From positions 16,128,001-16,192,000 of the forward strand of contig CP086569.2 in the NCBI GenBank assembly GCA_009914755.4: DNA of 64,000 bases. Direction: 5' to 3'. The translations under genes were made by a program, and so were the position numbers. Numbering within the stretch: position 1 is the stretch's first letter; each line of letters opens with the position of its first letter. The notes beneath the pieces were generated by a model, which worked only from the letters and a program-made list of their open reading frames with translations, had not been told where the DNA came from and did not search any database. The DNA is from the human T2T-CHM13v2.0 reference genome, Homo sapiens. Of this stretch, positions 63,765 to 64,000 are shown piece after piece.

Positions 63765-64000
63765 GAGACACTTGGTTCTCTGTCACTTAGGCTGGTGTGC
63801 AATGACATTATCACAGATCACTGTAGTATTGACCACCCTGGCTCAAGCAATCCTCCCACCTTAGCATCCCAAGTAGCTGGGACTACAGGTGGAAAAACCA
63901 CACCCAGCTAATTTTTTTTTTTTTTTTAGTTTTTGTAGAGACAGGGTCTCACCAGATTGCCCAGGCTGGTCTTGAACTCCTGAGCTCAAGCAATCTTCCT
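63765..64000 (-). mobile_element. Alu SINE (AluJ-like), antisense, truncated by the window end
   Basis: gagacacttggttctctgtcacttaggctggtgtgcaatgacattatcacagatcactgtagtattgaccaccctggctcaagcaatcctcccacc ... tgggactacaggtgg...cccagctaatttttttttttttttttagtttttgtagagacagggtctcaccagattgcccaggctggtcttgaactcctgagctcaagcaatc. Confidence 0.85.

Overview
This window reads as human or other catarrhine primate genomic DNA, not a prokaryotic locus. It is an interspersed-repeat-rich intergenic or intronic stretch. I see no convincing host protein-coding exon, no tRNA or rRNA gene, no CpG island and no CRISPR array. The content is at least 25 Alu SINEs (several with clear target-site duplications, two of them young AluY), several L1 fragments (a young L1PA 3' end and older L1M pieces), two MaLR (THE1/MST-type) solo LTRs, MIR fragments, a MADE1 mariner MITE split by an AluY, and a number of microsatellites and AT-rich low-complexity blocks.

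The dominant structure is a roughly 15.8 kb nested endogenous retrovirus at about 33.2-49.1 kb. An older class I gammaretrovirus-like provirus (LTR-gag-pro-pol-env-LTR, tRNA-Glu-type primer-binding site (PBS), hence HERV-E-like) has a second provirus inserted inside its integrase gene. The insert is an 8.4 kb HERV9/ERV9 element flanked by two 1.25-1.27 kb LTR12 LTRs, with a candidate 4-bp target-site duplication. The host integrase reading frame resumes exactly after the insert. The HERV9 copy itself lacks integrase and env SU, which are replaced by a GA-rich low-complexity tract.

The six-frame ORFs above about 60 aa elsewhere are almost all Alu or L1 read-through artefacts or retroviral pseudogene remnants. 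All family assignments come from recognising consensus motifs by eye. No database search was possible, and exact boundaries are within about +/-10 bp.
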